Of a stretch of 64,000 nt of DNA, positions 42,719 to 58,198 are shown one piece after another. The notes beneath the pieces are model-generated. The model was not told where the DNA came from and did not search any database. It saw only the letters and a list, made by a program, of their open reading frames with translations. This stretch comes from Octopus vulgaris. Its lineage: Eukaryota. The stretch is from assembly GCA_951406725.2 (NCBI GenBank), contig OX597816.1:46934001-46998000 (forward strand). The letters are read 5' to 3'. Both the position numbers and the translations under genes were made by a program. The number at the start of each line of letters is the position of its first letter. Position 1 is the first letter of the stretch.

Positions 42719-45700
42719 ATAAGGATTTATAAACTTTTGAGAGAATGTAACATCATTCTTTTATGGAACAGTGAATTTCAAAGCACATAAAACTATAAAT
42801 AATTACGTGTAGACCATGGGTTGTATATATGTGTGTATGTATGCATTAATGAAAATCTTAACAGAGAATCATTACAAACAGTTAAACTGGGGCACTACCT
42901 TGAGTGGTTTTAGTGGAACAAATCAACCCCTGCACCTGTTTTTTTTAAGTCTGGTACTTAATCTATCAGTTGCTATTGCTGAACAAGCAGTGGGTTACAA
43001 ACACAGATACAAAGACACAGACACACATGCACATATATATATATACTCTTTATTCTTTTTTACTTCAGTCATTTGACTGTGGTCATGCTGGAGCACCGCC
43101 TTTGGTCAAGCAAATCGACCACAGGACTTATTCTTTGTAAGCCTAGTACTTAATCTATCGGTCTCTTTTACCGAACCGCTAAGTTATGGGGACATAAACA
43201 TGCCAGCACCGGTTGTCAAGCGATGTTGGGTGGGGGGGGACAAACACAGACACACAAACACACACACACATATATGTATACATATATACGACAGGCTTCT
43301 TTCAGTTTCCGTCCAACAAATCCACTCACCAGGCTTTGGTCGGCCCGAGGCTATAGTAGAAGACACTTGCCCAAGATGCCTCGCAGTGGTACTGAACCCA
43401 GAACCATGTGGTTGGTAAGCAAGCTACTTACTACACAGCCACTCCTATATATATATATATATATATACACACATGACAGGCTTCCACACAGTTTCATCTG
43501 TCTTTACATTCTGATTTCTAATTCTATCGAGGTCAACTTTGCCTTTCATCCTTTCAGGTTCAATAAAATAAATACCAGTTAAACACTGGGGGGTTATGTG
43601 ATCGATTTACCCCTTCCCCCAGAATTGCTGGTCTTGTGCTAACATTTGAAATCATTAATTATATAAAACATTATATAAAACAGCCACTCCTGCACCTATA
43701 TATATATATAAAACATTTATAATTAATCATATTATAATTATACCCATGCTAGCATGGAAAGCGGACATTAAACGATGATGATGATGATATTATGATTATG
43801 ATTATATAAAATGTTTATAATTAATTAAATTAATATTTTATATATTAACTATATAAAGCATTTAGATCTTACTCTGTTTAGATTTTTAGAGTCCAAGATA
43901 TTGGGGTAAATATCCAAAAGTAGTCGCGCAGTTTGTGTATATCCATTCTTTGCTGCTAAATGAAGGGGCGTGTTACCATCATTGTCTCTAAGATAAATAA
44001 AGGAAAGAAAAGATAGAAAGAAAGTAGAACAAGAGGAGACAGGTGGGGGTAGAGAGACACTGAAGAGGTCACAGTATGTGTGAGGAAAAGACTTTGAGAA
44101 ATAAACTAAGAGTAATTATAATAAAGCTAAAGAAAAGATCAAATAAATAGAGTGTGTTTAATTGACAAAAGATGACCACCCCCAAGTATAATAATAATGA
44201 AAGAAATATTCTAATTTAATTTCTTCTCTCATCAGAAAAACTAAATATACATGCATGTGTACAACTATCCATACATGACCACCACTACCACCACCACCAT
44301 CATCATCATCAGTTTAATGTTCTCTTTCCCGTGCTTGCACAGGCTGGATAGAGTTTGTTGAAGCAAACATGCTACAGCTGTATGCTCTTCCTGTTCCTAA
44401 CTCTCACCTATTTTCAGATAAAGAAATGTTACCATTTGGCCAGGTAAATTCATGCAGAATATTGGAAATAAATAACACTGCTTGTATGACAGTGGCAATC
44501 ATTTTCTAATTATCATGCAATGTCAAGCCAAGGAAACACAAATATACACAAACTTTCATGACACACATACACACACACATACACACTCTTTCATGCATAT
44601 ATATACATATATGTGTATGTATATATGTGTATGTGCGTATGTATGTATGTTTCCTTTCCTGAGCATCCAATAACACTATACTTGTTCCACGTCCTTGCAC
44701 TTGTGTTTTCTCTTTGTGTTTTCATGTTTGGATTAACTATGTATGTATGTATGTAAACACACACACAAGCATATACAGGCTTCTTCCAGTTTCCATCTAC
44801 CAAATCCACTCACAAGGCTTTGGTTGACCTGAGGCTACAGTAGAAGACACTTGCCCAAGGTGTCACACAGTGGGATTGAACCCAGAATTATGTGGTTGGC
44901 AAACAAACACCTCACCATACAGCCATGCCTGTACCTATTGACATATATTCTGAGGAGTTTCAAATCAGTTTCAACAATGAATGTTTCTATGTGTGTTAAG
45001 TTACTGGAACAATTTACTTATTGAATTATAGTATAAGTGGCTGAATACTCCACAGACATTTGTACTTTTAAAGTCCTTCACAGGCTGACTCAATTTTACA
45101 CACTGTGTGACAAAGCCAGCCTTTAAAGTACAACCAATTACAGTTACAGACAAAGCAATTTATTCAACATAGACTGGAGTCAAATGAATGTACTTATTTT
45201 AGGTATATAAAATAAGCATAGGCATGTGGTTAAAAAGCTTGCTTCTTAAGAAAATATTGTTGGGTTAAGTCCCACTGCATAGCGTCTTGGGCTGGTGTCT
45301 TTTGCTATAGCCCCAAGCTGATCAAAGCCTTGTGAGTGGATTTTGGTTGGTAGAAACTGAAATAAGGCAGCAAGCTGGCAGGAGCGTTAGCATGTCGGAC
45401 GAAATGCTTAGCGGTATTTCGTCTGCCATTATGTTCTGAGTTCAAATTACACTGAGGTTGACTTTGCCTTTCATCCTTTCGGGGTCGATAAATTAAGTAC
45501 CAGTTACGCACTGGGGTCGATGTAATTGACTTAATCCCTTTGTCTGTCCTTGTTTGTCCCCTCTATGTTTAGCCCTTGTGGGCAATAAACAAATAAGAAA
45601 CCGAAAGAAGCTCATTGTGTGTGCATGTGTGTGTGTGTACTTGTGTTCTTGTCTTGGCATCACTTGATAACAGTAAATGAGTGTCACTGTCATACAAGCA

Positions 45701-48556
45701 GTGCTGTTCATTTCCAATATTTGGCAGGTCGACTTTGCCTTCCATCCTTTCAGTTGTGTACTGAGGTTGAGCTAATCGACTGACCCCCTCCCCCCAAATT
45801 TCAGGCCTTGTGTCTAGAGTAGAAAAGAATATTCTGCAAAAGCATATCTGGCCATAGGGAAATATTATCTTGCTTAGGAAACAGGTGAGGATTGGTGACA
45901 GGAAGGGCACACAGCCATAGAAAACCTGCCTCAATAAGCTCTGTCCAAACTTTGTCGAAGTATGGAAATGACAATATTAAAATGATGGTGGTAACCTTAT
46001 GCAAGATATAGAAATAATTAAAAAAAATATAAGGATAATCTCTATCTATATAAAGCTGAAGTTGTCTGTACATGGCTGGTTTGGTAGCCTTCAATTAACA
46101 CTATCTCCTCCAAGACCCTGCAGTGCAAGTTGACCAAAATTGAGAGTATGATAGAAGAAGGCTTGCTCTTCCTTCCATAGAAGAAAAAGTTCAAATTGGA
46201 CCATGTTAGCACCAAAAATTATTTACATCAAAAAGGTGCTTTTTTTCTATGAAAATCCCTATTTTTTACTATTTTTTGACTGCTGTGTCGCCATTTTTCG
46301 GTGTATTTCAACCAGAAAAATGTTCACTTAAAGAGAATAACAAGTTACGTAATGCAAAATTTTTACTTTTCAAAAATTCCAATTCTAAAGGGTCAAAACA
46401 AATCCGAGCAACACCGGGCGATACTGCTAGTATATATTAAAGAAAGATCAATACTTACTTATATATTACTGCACCCTTCCTTAGCAAAAGTGATACCAGC
46501 TTGGTATGACCATTCTGAGAAGCCAGATGAAGAGCAGTCTGATTCAGGTTATCCATCTCGTTTAACATTGTAGATCCATCTTTACCCGTGAGGAGCCGCA
46601 CACATGTGTTAAAGCGACCATATCTTCGATAGAAAACAAAGAAAGCTTATTTATAAGAAGCAGTTCGACATTTTGAAGTTGATATATACATACATAATTA
46701 CATGTAGGTATATACATACAGACACACACATGGAAAAGTGGATGTTAAATGATGATGATGATGAGAAACATAAGATTAAAGAAATTAGACACATTTAGAA
46801 CTGATGTGAAAATAAATATTTAGACTGACCGTTGCCAGTTCCGCCCCGACGGGCCTCCGCGCCAGTGGCACATAAAAAGCACCATCTGATCATGGCCGTT
46901 GCCAGCCTCGCCTGGCCCCCGTGCCAGTGGTATGTAAAAAAGCACCATTTGACCATGGCCATTTGCCAGCCCCATCTGGCACCTGTGCCGATGGCACGTA
47001 AAAAGCACCCAATACACTCACGGAATGGTTGGCATTAGGAAGGGCATCCAGCTGTAGAAACATTGCCAGATCAGACTGGGCTTGGTGCAGCCTTCTGGCT
47101 TCCCAGACCCTAGTTGAACCGTCCAACCCATGCTAGCATGGAAAGCGGACGCTATATGATGATGATGATGATAAATGTTGATGATATTTCCTAAGTATTT
47201 GTTTAATATAACCAAAACATACCTGGATGCAAGGTGAAATGGTGACTGTTCATTATTGTTTTTCAAATTAACAATAGCCCCTAGTTTCATTAAGTCATCA
47301 ATAGCAGTTAAATGACCCATTTTAGCAGCATAATGCAGAGGTGTCCAACCACTTATGTCTCTTTCATTTAGTAGATCTTTACTGTGCTGAAAAAGGGAGA
47401 AAATATTCTTTGAAGATTCTAAACAAGGAAATTAAAAAATTTCTAACTGTATGTTCTCTGAATCAAATCATAAAATTACTAAATATAGCAAATTATGCAT
47501 GCATGCATGCATCCATGCATCCATCCATCCATCCATACATACATACATACATACATACATACATACATACATACAAACAAACAAACAAACAAACAAACAA
47601 ACAAGCAAACAAGCAAACAAGCAAACAAACAAAAATACCCTGTTGTTGATGTTGAAATTCCAACTTGGATCTAGTTTAGAAACCAGCTCTTTTCTGTTGG
47701 CAAGAAATCTTGAAGTAAAACTGAACAATGACACACATACATATATACACACACACACACTCACACACACAAACACATATAACAACAACAACAATCCCTT
47801 CTATTATAGGCACAAGGCCTGAGAATTGGTGGAAAGGGAGAGTTGATTACATTGACCCTAGTGCTCAACTGATACATTTTTATTGACTCTGAAAGGGTGA
47901 AAGGTAAAGTAGACATCAGCAGTATTTGAGCTCAGAATATAAGACAGAAAAATGCTGCTGCTGCTAAAAACAGCAGCAGCAACAGTAACAACAACAACAA
48001 CAACATATACACACATACGTACATACATACACACGTACATACATACATATGCATGCACATACATACATACATTGTTGTTGTTGTTTGTTCCTTCGTGAAC
48101 CACGCCTGGCTCATAAGGACCAGTTTCCCTGTAAGATGCAGGAGGAAAGAGTGAGAGAAAATTGTGGCGAAAGAGTCAGCAGAAGTTTGCCATTACCTTC
48201 TGCTGAAGCCGCATGGAGCTTAGGTGTTTCACTCATAAACACAAACATCGCCCAGTCTGAGATTCGAACCCGCGATCCCTCAACCGCGAGTCCGCTGCTC
48301 TAACCACTAGGCCATGTGCCTCCACACATACATACATACACATATATATATATAATAATGCCAAACCAAATATTGATGTTTTGAATGCATTTAAAATATC
48401 AGTATTTGGTTTGACTTTATTATTATATGCTATACAACTCCAACTCATTACAAGATAGTGATACTGTAAAAGATTTGGAATGGTTCGTTTCACTGTGCCC
48501 AAGTTGAGAATTTCTGCTAAAGTGCATTACATCTGCAGACACACACACACACACAT

Positions 48557-48611
<55 letters not shown>

Positions 48612-51600
48612 CATATTGAGAAGATACTTTAGTGATAATCTGGATAACTCTTTTTTTACTCTCTTTTTACTTGTTTCAGTCATGCTGGAGCACCACCTTT
48701 AATCGAGCAACTCGACCCCGGGACTTATTCTTTTGTAAGCCCAGTACTTATTCTATTGGTCTCTTTCGCCGAACCGCTAAGTAACAGGGACATAAACACA
48801 CCAGCATCGGTTGTCAAGCAATGCTAGGGGGACAAACACAGACACACAAACACACACATGCATATATATATATACATATATACGACAGGCTTCTTTCAGT
48901 TTCCATCTACCAAATCCACTCACAAGGCTTTGGTCGGCCCGAGGCTATAGTAGAAGACACTTGCCCAAGGTGTCACGCAGTGGGACTTAACCTGAAACCA
49001 TGTGGTTGGTAAACAAGCTACTTACCACACAGCCACTCCTGCGCCTAGGGTTTTCAGAAAAACAAATCAACTGACTAACTTACACATTACAAATACAATC
49101 TATAAATGAAACAGTAAAATTATGCAAAACTTCTCTTAAGTTTAAAATGTGACACTGTTTTTCCAATGATAGAGCTTCGTGTCTTTGGTAGAAACCAATT
49201 CCTTCTTCAGAGGAAGAATTTAAATAATTAAAAACAGAAGTGTTCACACACACACACACACACACACACATATGAACGGTGTTGATTAATCTCTTATTTT
49301 CTGAGATATATTAATTTACAATTTTCATATCTACTGATTTTCAATATTGTACATCTTCTTAATAACTCTGGCATCACTACTTCAGAGAATACAGTAAAGT
49401 CTCTGACTTGCTAAGGAGGTTTAACTAGACTGAAACATGTTTGGAGTTGTCTGTTTTACCTGCTAGAATAATTAAAATAATATTACTGTTTAATGACTAA
49501 TATACTTTTTTCATCACATAATTATTTCAAATTAGCATTTTAATGCTACTGAACTAAATATAGTGCTAACAACTCAACCATTATTTTCATGCAAATGGCA
49601 TTCCTGAGTAATTTCTTACAAAATTCATCATTATAATAAGTTTCATTTAACAGGCTATGACTCTTCTCAATTAAGAAATCAATTAATCCACTAAGTTAAG
49701 AGCCATTAACTCCATTCACAGACCATATTTTATCTATACTATTTGAAGAGAAACAGAAGTATTCATACTTTCCTCAAAGAATTCCAAAACAAATTTAAAT
49801 GGGATCCATTTTCAATTGCCAGGTGAAGGAAATTCCGATAGCTTTCATCTTTCACTAATAAATTTGCACCTCTTTTAATTAAAACCTGAACCATTTCCCA
49901 GTGTCCTTTACTTGCAGCTAAAAGTAAAGGAGTTCGGCCATGAGAATCCAGTGCATTAATGTCAGCACCCTTCAAAAGAAAGAAAGAAAAAAAATGTTAT
50001 ATATTTATCAATATAATAGACTGGATTATGATAGAGTCATTCTGGCATTTTTAAATACATGTATTATTATATACCCACCCTTTTTTTTGTCCTAGCATCA
50101 TATAATATTAAGTATGAAAGCCTTTCATTGTACATTTAATAAATAGTTGTTGATATTCCATTCCACTGTTTCATGCCACATCGCTGTTTTTCAGTGGAAT
50201 ATCAGTAACTAGATCATAATTAATGTTATGTACAACTGGAAAAAAATATATATAACAACAAATAAATGTAACAATCATCATCATCATCAGCAGCAGCAGC
50301 AGCATTATCAAAGTCATCATTGTCATCATTCAATGTCTGTGTTTTCCATGCTGGCTTGGGTTGCATGGTTTAACCTTTTCAATACCAAGCCTGCTGAAAC
50401 TGCTTCTGACTCTGTAGTACAAATGTCTTGTTTTCATAAGTTTTGAATTAAAATCTTCCACCAAACCTTAGTCACAATATATGTTCCTAATACACTAGCT
50501 TAATGATAACCAAGACATTTTACTAAATTCTTTGTTATATTTAAAGTAATTGAAAGAAACACAGAGCACCTCAAAATAAATATGGTAACAAAAGGATTAA
50601 CAGAATCCAGCAATTTGCAGGACGGCATTGAGCTCCAGTACCAGTATTGGCATGGTTTCTATGGCTGAATGCCCTTCCTAATGCCAGTGTGTGTTTTGAC
50701 AGATTAACATGAAGTAGTCATCTTAGTTTCAACATACAATCTCAAATCAAAACTCCTGTCAACATGTAGTTACAACAAAGAAACCGTTTCTATACTTATG
50801 TTTTTTCTTATGTCATTTCAACAGTTACAGTTATTGGACCATAGCCATGCTAAGTCAATGTCTTCAAAGGTTTCTAGTCAATTATATGAACTCCAGTAGA
50901 AGCTATGGACTATGTTTTGTGAAACAGGCATGCATCATGATGTGAGGAGACAAACAAACAGAAAAACAAGTACTGGTGTCAGTCAGATGGATAATGACAG
51001 AGAAAAACAATATCAAAGATAAAAAAGTCTACAAAAATTGGATTTACATCATGTCACACTAAGGGAAGCAGATAGATAATCAGCATAGGTACTACCTCAT
51101 GAGCTTTGAACATCCTGTCAGAATAGCAAGGTATGGCTACACTCCAAGACAATGCCTGTTCTCTAGTTAGAAATAACAACACACAAAAAGCCTGTCACTT
51201 TGGTTACTATCCACACAAAGAGGAGAACAGGTTACAGTACAATGTTGTTTACAAATTAACCTATGAAAGGGGAAATGCAAACAATGGACTGACCAAGTGA
51301 TAATTGCATGTCAAAATAGCAGGACATTTACAATCATACACCTTCTAGTATAGTAGACCACCACAACAATTATGCAAAAAAAACAAACAAAAAAAACAAA
51401 TACATTTAAATATTCAAATAAATAAATAAGAAACCCACATATCTTTGTGAGACATCCAAATACTAAAAATTATTGGGTTGAATAAATATAGTTCATGGAG
51501 AAACAGAAACCAATTTTGAACTGCAGTTGAGAATCAGACATGTAGAAATAGACATTTAGTCCCTGCGAGTTGCAAAAGTATGTGATTCCATGTTTCTCCT

Positions 51601-54600
51601 CTATTAATGAGAATACAAATCAATGTCATATGAAGACTTATATATAAATCAAAATTGCTCTCAGTATAAGCAATAGAACTTATACCAGCAGCAAAGGAGC
51701 TTCCATTCAAAAGTTACCCATCAATTTGTTTATACATTTATCTGTTTGTTTATGCATTCATCCGGCCATACACTTACTCTTTTACTTGTTTCAGTCATTT
51801 GACTGCAGCCATGCTGGAGCACCGCCTTTAGTTGAGCAAATTGACCCCGGGACTTATTCTTTGTAAGCCCAGTACTTATTCTATCGGTCTCTTTTTTGCC
51901 GAACTGCTAAGTGACGGGGACATAAACACACCATCATTGTTTGTCAAGCAATGCTAGGGGGACAAATACAGACACACAAACACACACACACATACATACA
52001 TATTTACACATATACATATATATGACAGGCTTCTTTCAGTTTCCGTCTACCAAATCCACTCACAAGGCATTGGTCGGCCCGGGGCTATAGCAGAAGACAC
52101 TTGCCCAAGATGCCACGCAGTGGGACTGAACCCGGAACCATGTGGCTGGTTAGCAAGCTACTTACCACACAGCCACTTCCCTGAGTATACAAATATAAAA
52201 AGTTGTAGTAATGTAGAAGACATGATTCCTCACAATACAAAAGATTGCTGGAAGGTTTTAGTCAAAAGCTCAATAAAATGCAAGTCTAACAGACCAGACA
52301 TAATGACCTGAGATTGAGGAAAGAAGTTATCCAGAGGAAATCAGTTACCCAGCTGATGTCAGCATAATGTTTAATGATTAGTGGAATGAGAATCCTACAG
52401 TTACTCCACCCAACTTTGAATTTATACCTGTAGTTATAGGGGTACTTGGATATATAACTAACTACCTTAACACTAATCTTGAAATGCTAGGCTTTACAAA
52501 AGCTAAATGAACATGGCTAATCAGGAAATTACTGCTACAAACCATTAAGAGCACTGTCACAATATGTAAAACATTCTAGGTTAGCATTTAATAAATGTAT
52601 ATTCACATGTTTAAATATGCAAACATACTTGTGTACACATATGCAATGACATCTATGCTTGCATACATGTATATATGTATAATACAATGAAAGTATATAA
52701 ACAGGCAAACAACTGGTGTCAGATTAGATTATGATATTTATATATTTAAACATAATGGTTATTACATAAGGATGAAGAAAGTAAGGAGGTGTGCAGATAG
52801 TTCCTTACAGCTGTTTCAAAAATAGATGCACAGATGATGCATTTCTCAGCAAACGAACAATAGATAATATAAGCAGTGATCTATTCCATCATCAGAGAGA
52901 GAATGAGGTAGTTTCTTAGTAGAAGGCTTTGGTCTACCATCAGTGTAGTAGATCAAAGCTTTCTATCAAGGATCCTCTCCAATGATAGAATTGATTGCTA
53001 CTTAAGCTCTCTACTGAAAATACCAGTTATTTGCCTGTTTATATTACCATTTTATTATACATGTATCTGCTCAAATGATAAACCACCTATAGCCAATCAT
53101 TGTTAGGTAGCAACATCTTTGTTTTCAGTTGGAGTCTTAGGTGGCAAGTCAATTTGAGCACTAATTGTATGTACATATTACATTACATCATCAAACATAA
53201 TATTACATGAATTTTACATGTATACAAGTGCTTATACATATATACAAACATACATGTTTTAATATTGGGTTGACCGGAAAGTTCCTGCCAATTTTTAAAG
53301 GAAAGGAAAAGGTCAATAAATACTTGCCATTACATTTTTAATCAACCAAATATGAATCATTGTATTGCACTATGCGTCTCCATCTTTCCTTTAACTTGAA
53401 AATACCCACTTCTCAGAGTTGAGGTGGTTTCATGGCAAAGAATACATCAAGATCTCTTTTTACGTCATCCAAAGAATTGAAATTTTTACCATTAACCCTT
53501 TAGCGTTCAGATTAATTTGTCAAAAGTAATCCTTATTTATTCACATTTAAAAAAAATTATCTGATATTATTTTGTACCTTCAAGATAGGAAAGATGTAAT
53601 TGCTTATTTTTGGAGTGACATTGCAGGGTAGGTGTGAGATGCATGTTCTGGCCAGTTTGAGCAATAAATGTGTAGAATATTTGGGCCGGATACAGCCGGT
53701 TTAAACACTAATGGGTTAAGACTATTCTGCAGAGACCTGAATAAGTGGAAATCCAAAGGAGCAATATCTGGTGAATATGGAAGGTTGGGTAACACATCCC
53801 AGCTGAGCTGCAGCAATTTTTGTCTGGTTCCCAAAGCATCAAGTGCCGAAAATGAACTTTCTTATCTTCCATTTTAAAGGGTTACAGAATTAACACAGGT
53901 TATAGGAACATAAACTTTCTTCCACGAAAAGATAGCTTAAACTGTGCTCTAAATAGAGGTGTAATCAAATCCTATTTTATGGACTCAACCATGTTCTAAA
54001 ATAAGTCGAAAGGTAAGCTACTATAAATCGGCACGAACTTTCCGGACAACCCAATACATACATATGTACTTCATACATATATACATGCATATCTGCACAT
54101 ATGTACTCATACATGCAAGAGCATATATGCTTTGATGAATTTATCTAAGTTCCAATGGAAGAGCCTTGTGTCTGTTTAGAAGCTGACTCTTTTTCCATTG
54201 GTGAAGAATTCAAATTATAAAACCATTTGTAAAGACGTACCCTATCAAGTAGGAAGTGCACGGCAGCAGCTTGGTTCAGTTGTGCAGCTCTATGTAGTGG
54301 TGTCATCTTATGAAGATCAGCCATGGAAATGGCAGAGGAGAACTTTTCAGGTTGGTATTTTTGCATATATTCTAGAATTTCCACTTTGCCTTGTGATGAA
54401 GCACAATGAACCGGAGTAGAGAAATCTTCCTGAAATATATGATTACGATAAATAAGAACCAGCTCTTTTATCAACATCATGTTTTATCTGTTGTTGTTGC
54501 TGTTGTCATTGTCATCATCATCATTGTCATGGTCATTGTTCATTATTTACATTATTTACATAATTTACATTCAACGGATATTTGTCCTCATCTTGTTTGT

Positions 54601-55225
54601 TGTTAACACGTTTAATACAAAATTTCAAACCTGGGTTCAGGTTCGAAATTTCCCCAAGACACCTGAAGAAGGCTGGAGGGTATATCAGCTGAAACATTGT
54701 GTCAACAACAAACAAGATGGGGACAAATATCTGTCGAATGTAAATAATGTACATAAATCCTCATCTCTTAAATACAGAACTGTATGGTCATTGTTGTTCT
54801 CATCATCATTTATATCCATATTCCATACTGACATGGGTTGAACAGTTCTACAGGATCTGACTTAACCAAAGGGCTGCATTGGTTTCCAGTATTCACTTTA
54901 GCAAGGTTTTTATGGTTGCTTACCTTTCAGTTTACAGAATTAGCTGAGTACCTTTTTTTCATGGCAGATGGTCAAAAATTCAATAAAACAATCCTGAGTT
55001 CCTTACTCTTTTAATTGTTTCAGTCATTTGACTGCAGCCATGCTGGAGCACCACCTTTAGTCAAGCAAATCAAGCCCAGGACTTATTCTTTTTGAGCCTA
55101 GTACTTATTATATCAGCCTCTTTTGCTGAACTGCTAGGTTATGGGGCTGTAAACACACCAGCATTGGTTGACAAGTGATGTTGGAGGGACAAACACAGAC
55201 ACACAAACATACACACACACATACA

Positions 55226-55271
<46 letters not shown>

Positions 55272-58157
55272 TACAATGGGCTTCTTTCAGTTTCCGTCTA
55301 CCAAATCCACTCACAAGGCTTTGGTCGGCCTGAGGATATAGTAGAAGACACTTGCCCAAGATGCCTTGCAATGGGAATGAACCCAGAACCATGTGGTTGG
55401 TAAGCAAGCTACTTACCACACAGCCACTCCTGTACCAGTTTCTCTATTTTTATTGCATATCACACTCTTCTAATTGACAATTTACCTTAATAAAGTGTTA
55501 CATCAGTTTTCATGATAGCGTGGTGGCAAAATTGTTAGAGTATCAGAATAAATACATTTTGGTATTTCTTCTAACTCATTATGGTCTGAGTTCAAATTTT
55601 ACCAAGGTCAAGAAAATAAATATTGGTCCAGTACTGGGATTGATGTAATCAACTTGCCTGCTTCCTTCACAATTGCTGGCCTTGTACCAAAATTAGAAAG
55701 AATTATTATTATTATTACCTCCATCTTAGAGGAGGCAGAAATATTGTTTTCAGTCACGTTTGTTTGTTTGTTTGTCTGTGGACAAGATATCTCAAGAACT
55801 GCTGGATGGATTCAGATAAAACTTTCAGGGATGCTTGGCCTCATGACTGGCACAAGCTGATAGATTCTGAGATCGATCTGGCACCGATAAAGGATTCTGG
55901 ATTATTTTTCTGGTTCTTTTGCTTAATTTTTGAGAGCAGTTGGGTTCATTTTTAGTATTCTCGTTTGTGAGAGCAGTCAAGTTTATTTCAGATATTCTCA
56001 TTTTAAAAATCATCTCTGGCTAATTGTTGAGAGGACATTAGTGTTGATTTGGTGGAGGTTTGTACTCGCTGAGTGCTCTTGTTATTATTATCATCATCAT
56101 ATTTTCTTTGCTTACCTTTTAACACTGGAGATGTGTAACAGTATCAGCAGTCCATTACCAGGCTGAGGTAACACTTTATCGACATCGTCGTCATCATTAT
56201 TATTATCATTTTTATTAAGGCGGTGATCTGGCAGAATCATTAGAACACTGGGTGAAATGCTTAGCATTATTTCGTCCACCTGAGTTCAAATTCAGTGGAG
56301 GTCAACTTTGCCTTTCATCCTTTCGGGATTAAGTACCAGTGAAACACTGGGGTTGATGTAATCAACTAGTCCCTTCCCCAAAATTTCAGGCCTTGGGCCT
56401 ATAGTAGAAAAGATTTTATTATTATTAATACAGCAAACTGATAGAATCACTAGCATGCCTGGTGAAATGCTTAGCGGCATTTCATCCAACCTTATGTTAT
56501 GAGTTCAAATTCCGCCAAGGTTGACTTTGTCTTTCATCCTTTCAAGATCAATAAATTAAGTATCAGCGAAACACTGGGATCGATGTAATTGACTACTCCT
56601 CACCACCCAAATTTCAGGCTTTGTGCCTATAGTAGAAACAATTATTAATGTTCCGGTGGCACGTAAAAAGCACCTTCCGATCGTGGCCGTTGCCAGCCTC
56701 GCCTGGCCCCTGTGCCGGTGGCATGTAAAAAGCACCATCTGATCGTGACCGTTTGCCAGCCTTGTCTGGCACCTGTGCCGGTGGCACGTAAAAAGCACCC
56801 ACTACACTCATGGAGTGGTTGGTGTTAGGAAGGGCATCCAGCTGTTGAAACACTGCCAGATCAGACTGGGCCTGGTGCAGCCTTCTGGCTTTCCAGACCC
56901 CAGTTGAACCGTCCAACCCATGCTAGCATGGAAAGCGGATGTTAAACGATGATGATGATGATGATTAAGGTGCTGAGCTGGCAGAATTGTTACCATGCCA
57001 ACAAAATGCTTAGTGGCATTTCGTAAATCTGTATGTTCTGAGTTCAAATTCCCGTGAGGTCATCTTTGTCTTTTACCCTTTCAGAATTGATAAAATAAAT
57101 ACCAGTTGAAGTCTGGGGTTGATATAATCAGTTTACCCCCTCCCCCAAATTACTGGCCTTGTGCTAAAACTTGAAACCATTATTATTATTTTCTCTTTAT
57201 CACAGGTTTTGTTCGAGCTCCTAGAGTCTTGCATGCATAGCAGGCTTACTACCTGCAGCCTATGGTACCATGTCATTTGTTCTTTTCAGTTAATACTTTC
57301 CTGATTATTCTGGCCATGCCAAGGAGGCAAACCTTTTGTAACAGTTCTACTGGGCACTCTATTCTAATTTCCTTTATATTCATCTTGATGCCTTCTCATA
57401 CTGTTCCCAAGGACCCAGCAATAATTGGCACTATTTTCACCTTCTTCATTTTCCATAGCCAGGCTTTTTTGTACTTAAGAGGGTATCTATCTATCTATCT
57501 TTTCATCTTCTTTCTTGACTTTTGGGGATCAAAGGGGCATGCAACACTAGCTATATAGCACATGTGGTGCACCTTGTCCACCACTACTAGGTCCGGTCTG
57601 TTATGCTCTAGCACCTGATCTATTTGGATTGGGAAATCCCAGAGGATTTTGCTACTCTCCAACTCTACCACTCTGCAGTCTGTTCTCATACCACATCTTG
57701 TCTCTTTCTAGCCCCCCCCCCCCCCATCATCATCATCATCACCATGACCACCACCACCACCATCATCATCAAGGTTGTGAGCAGCAGAATTCTAACCATG
57801 CCAGACAAAATGCTTAGCAGCATTTTGTCTATCTCTTAACATTTTGAGTTCAAATGCTGCCAAAGTCAACTTTACAGTCACCTTTTCAGAGTCGATAAAA
57901 TAAGTACCTGTTTAGGTCTAGTGTTGATGTAAATGACTTCCCCTCCCCTCAAAATCACTGGCCAAGTGTTAGCATGCTGCGCAAAATGCTTAGCAGCACT
58001 TTGTTCCTCTTTATTTTCCGAGTTCAACTTCTGCCAAGGTTAACTTTGCCTTTCATCTTTTGGGGGTTGACAAAATAAAAATCAGTTGAACACAAGGGTT
58101 GATGTATTGACAAGCTTCTCCACACAAATTCCAGGCTCAATGCCTATAGTAGAAAGA

Positions 58158-58198
<41 letters not shown>

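Noticed and set aside
56116-56162. Exon-like segment with cag/gtaagc
   Set aside because: Ends in phase 2, incompatible with the phase-0 junction of exons 2-3.
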